NCBI GenBank assembly: GCA_951406725.2
Contig: OX597840.1
Location: 13,144,001 to 13,208,000, forward strand
Direction of reading: 5' to 3'
From: Octopus vulgaris
Taxonomy: Eukaryota
Length of the DNA: 64,000 nt
Position 1 is the first letter of the stretch. Each line of letters starts with the position of its first letter. The translations under genes and the position numbers were made by a program. Below are positions 63,770-64,000 of the stretch, one piece after another. The notes below the pieces were generated by a model. That model did not search any database and was not told the DNA's origin. It saw only the letters and a list, made by a program, of their open reading frames with translations.

Positions 63770-63927
63770 GAGAGGTAGATAGATAGATAGATAGTAAGAG
63801 TGAGAGAAAGTGATGTTTGGAATGGTTAGATTCTGCAGTTTGTTGAACTTAGGAAGAGAGACAGACAGACAGACAGACAGATAGGCAGATAGACAAATAG
63901 ATAGATAGATAGACAGATAGATAGATG

Positions 63928-63993
<66 letters not shown>

Positions 63994-64000
63994 CATATAG
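63770..64000. repeat. (GATA/GACA)n microsatellite
   Basis: Directly visible. Confidence 0.95.

Overview
AT-rich, microsatellite-saturated eukaryotic (metazoan) genomic DNA. The repeat repertoire and style suggest an octopod cephalopod, which is my inference from family resemblance. I can support only one host coding exon: 34128-34259 (+), encoding the C-terminal PAS/PAC part of an ERG-type KCNH potassium channel. The rest of the window is therefore most likely giant intron. It contains four tRNA-headed SINE families with swapped tails, a young RTE LINE 3' fragment with a PHD-like insert in its RT, R4/Dong-type RLE LINE fragments sitting in microsatellites, dead Tc1/mariner elements and MITEs, a non-autonomous Helitron, a probable solo LTR, and Penelope-like element (PLE) remnants. 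The most striking signal is at least a dozen type I hammerhead-ribozyme motifs (CUGANGA...GAAA...UH) from several unrelated families. They have family-specific palindromic or near-palindromic stem IIIs, and stem II ranges from 4 bp to >50-nt hairpins. One lies ~120 nt upstream of the channel exon on the sense strand, and one family is coupled to a tRNA-like Pol III head. Nearly all ORFs in the supplied track are microsatellite or SINE artefacts.
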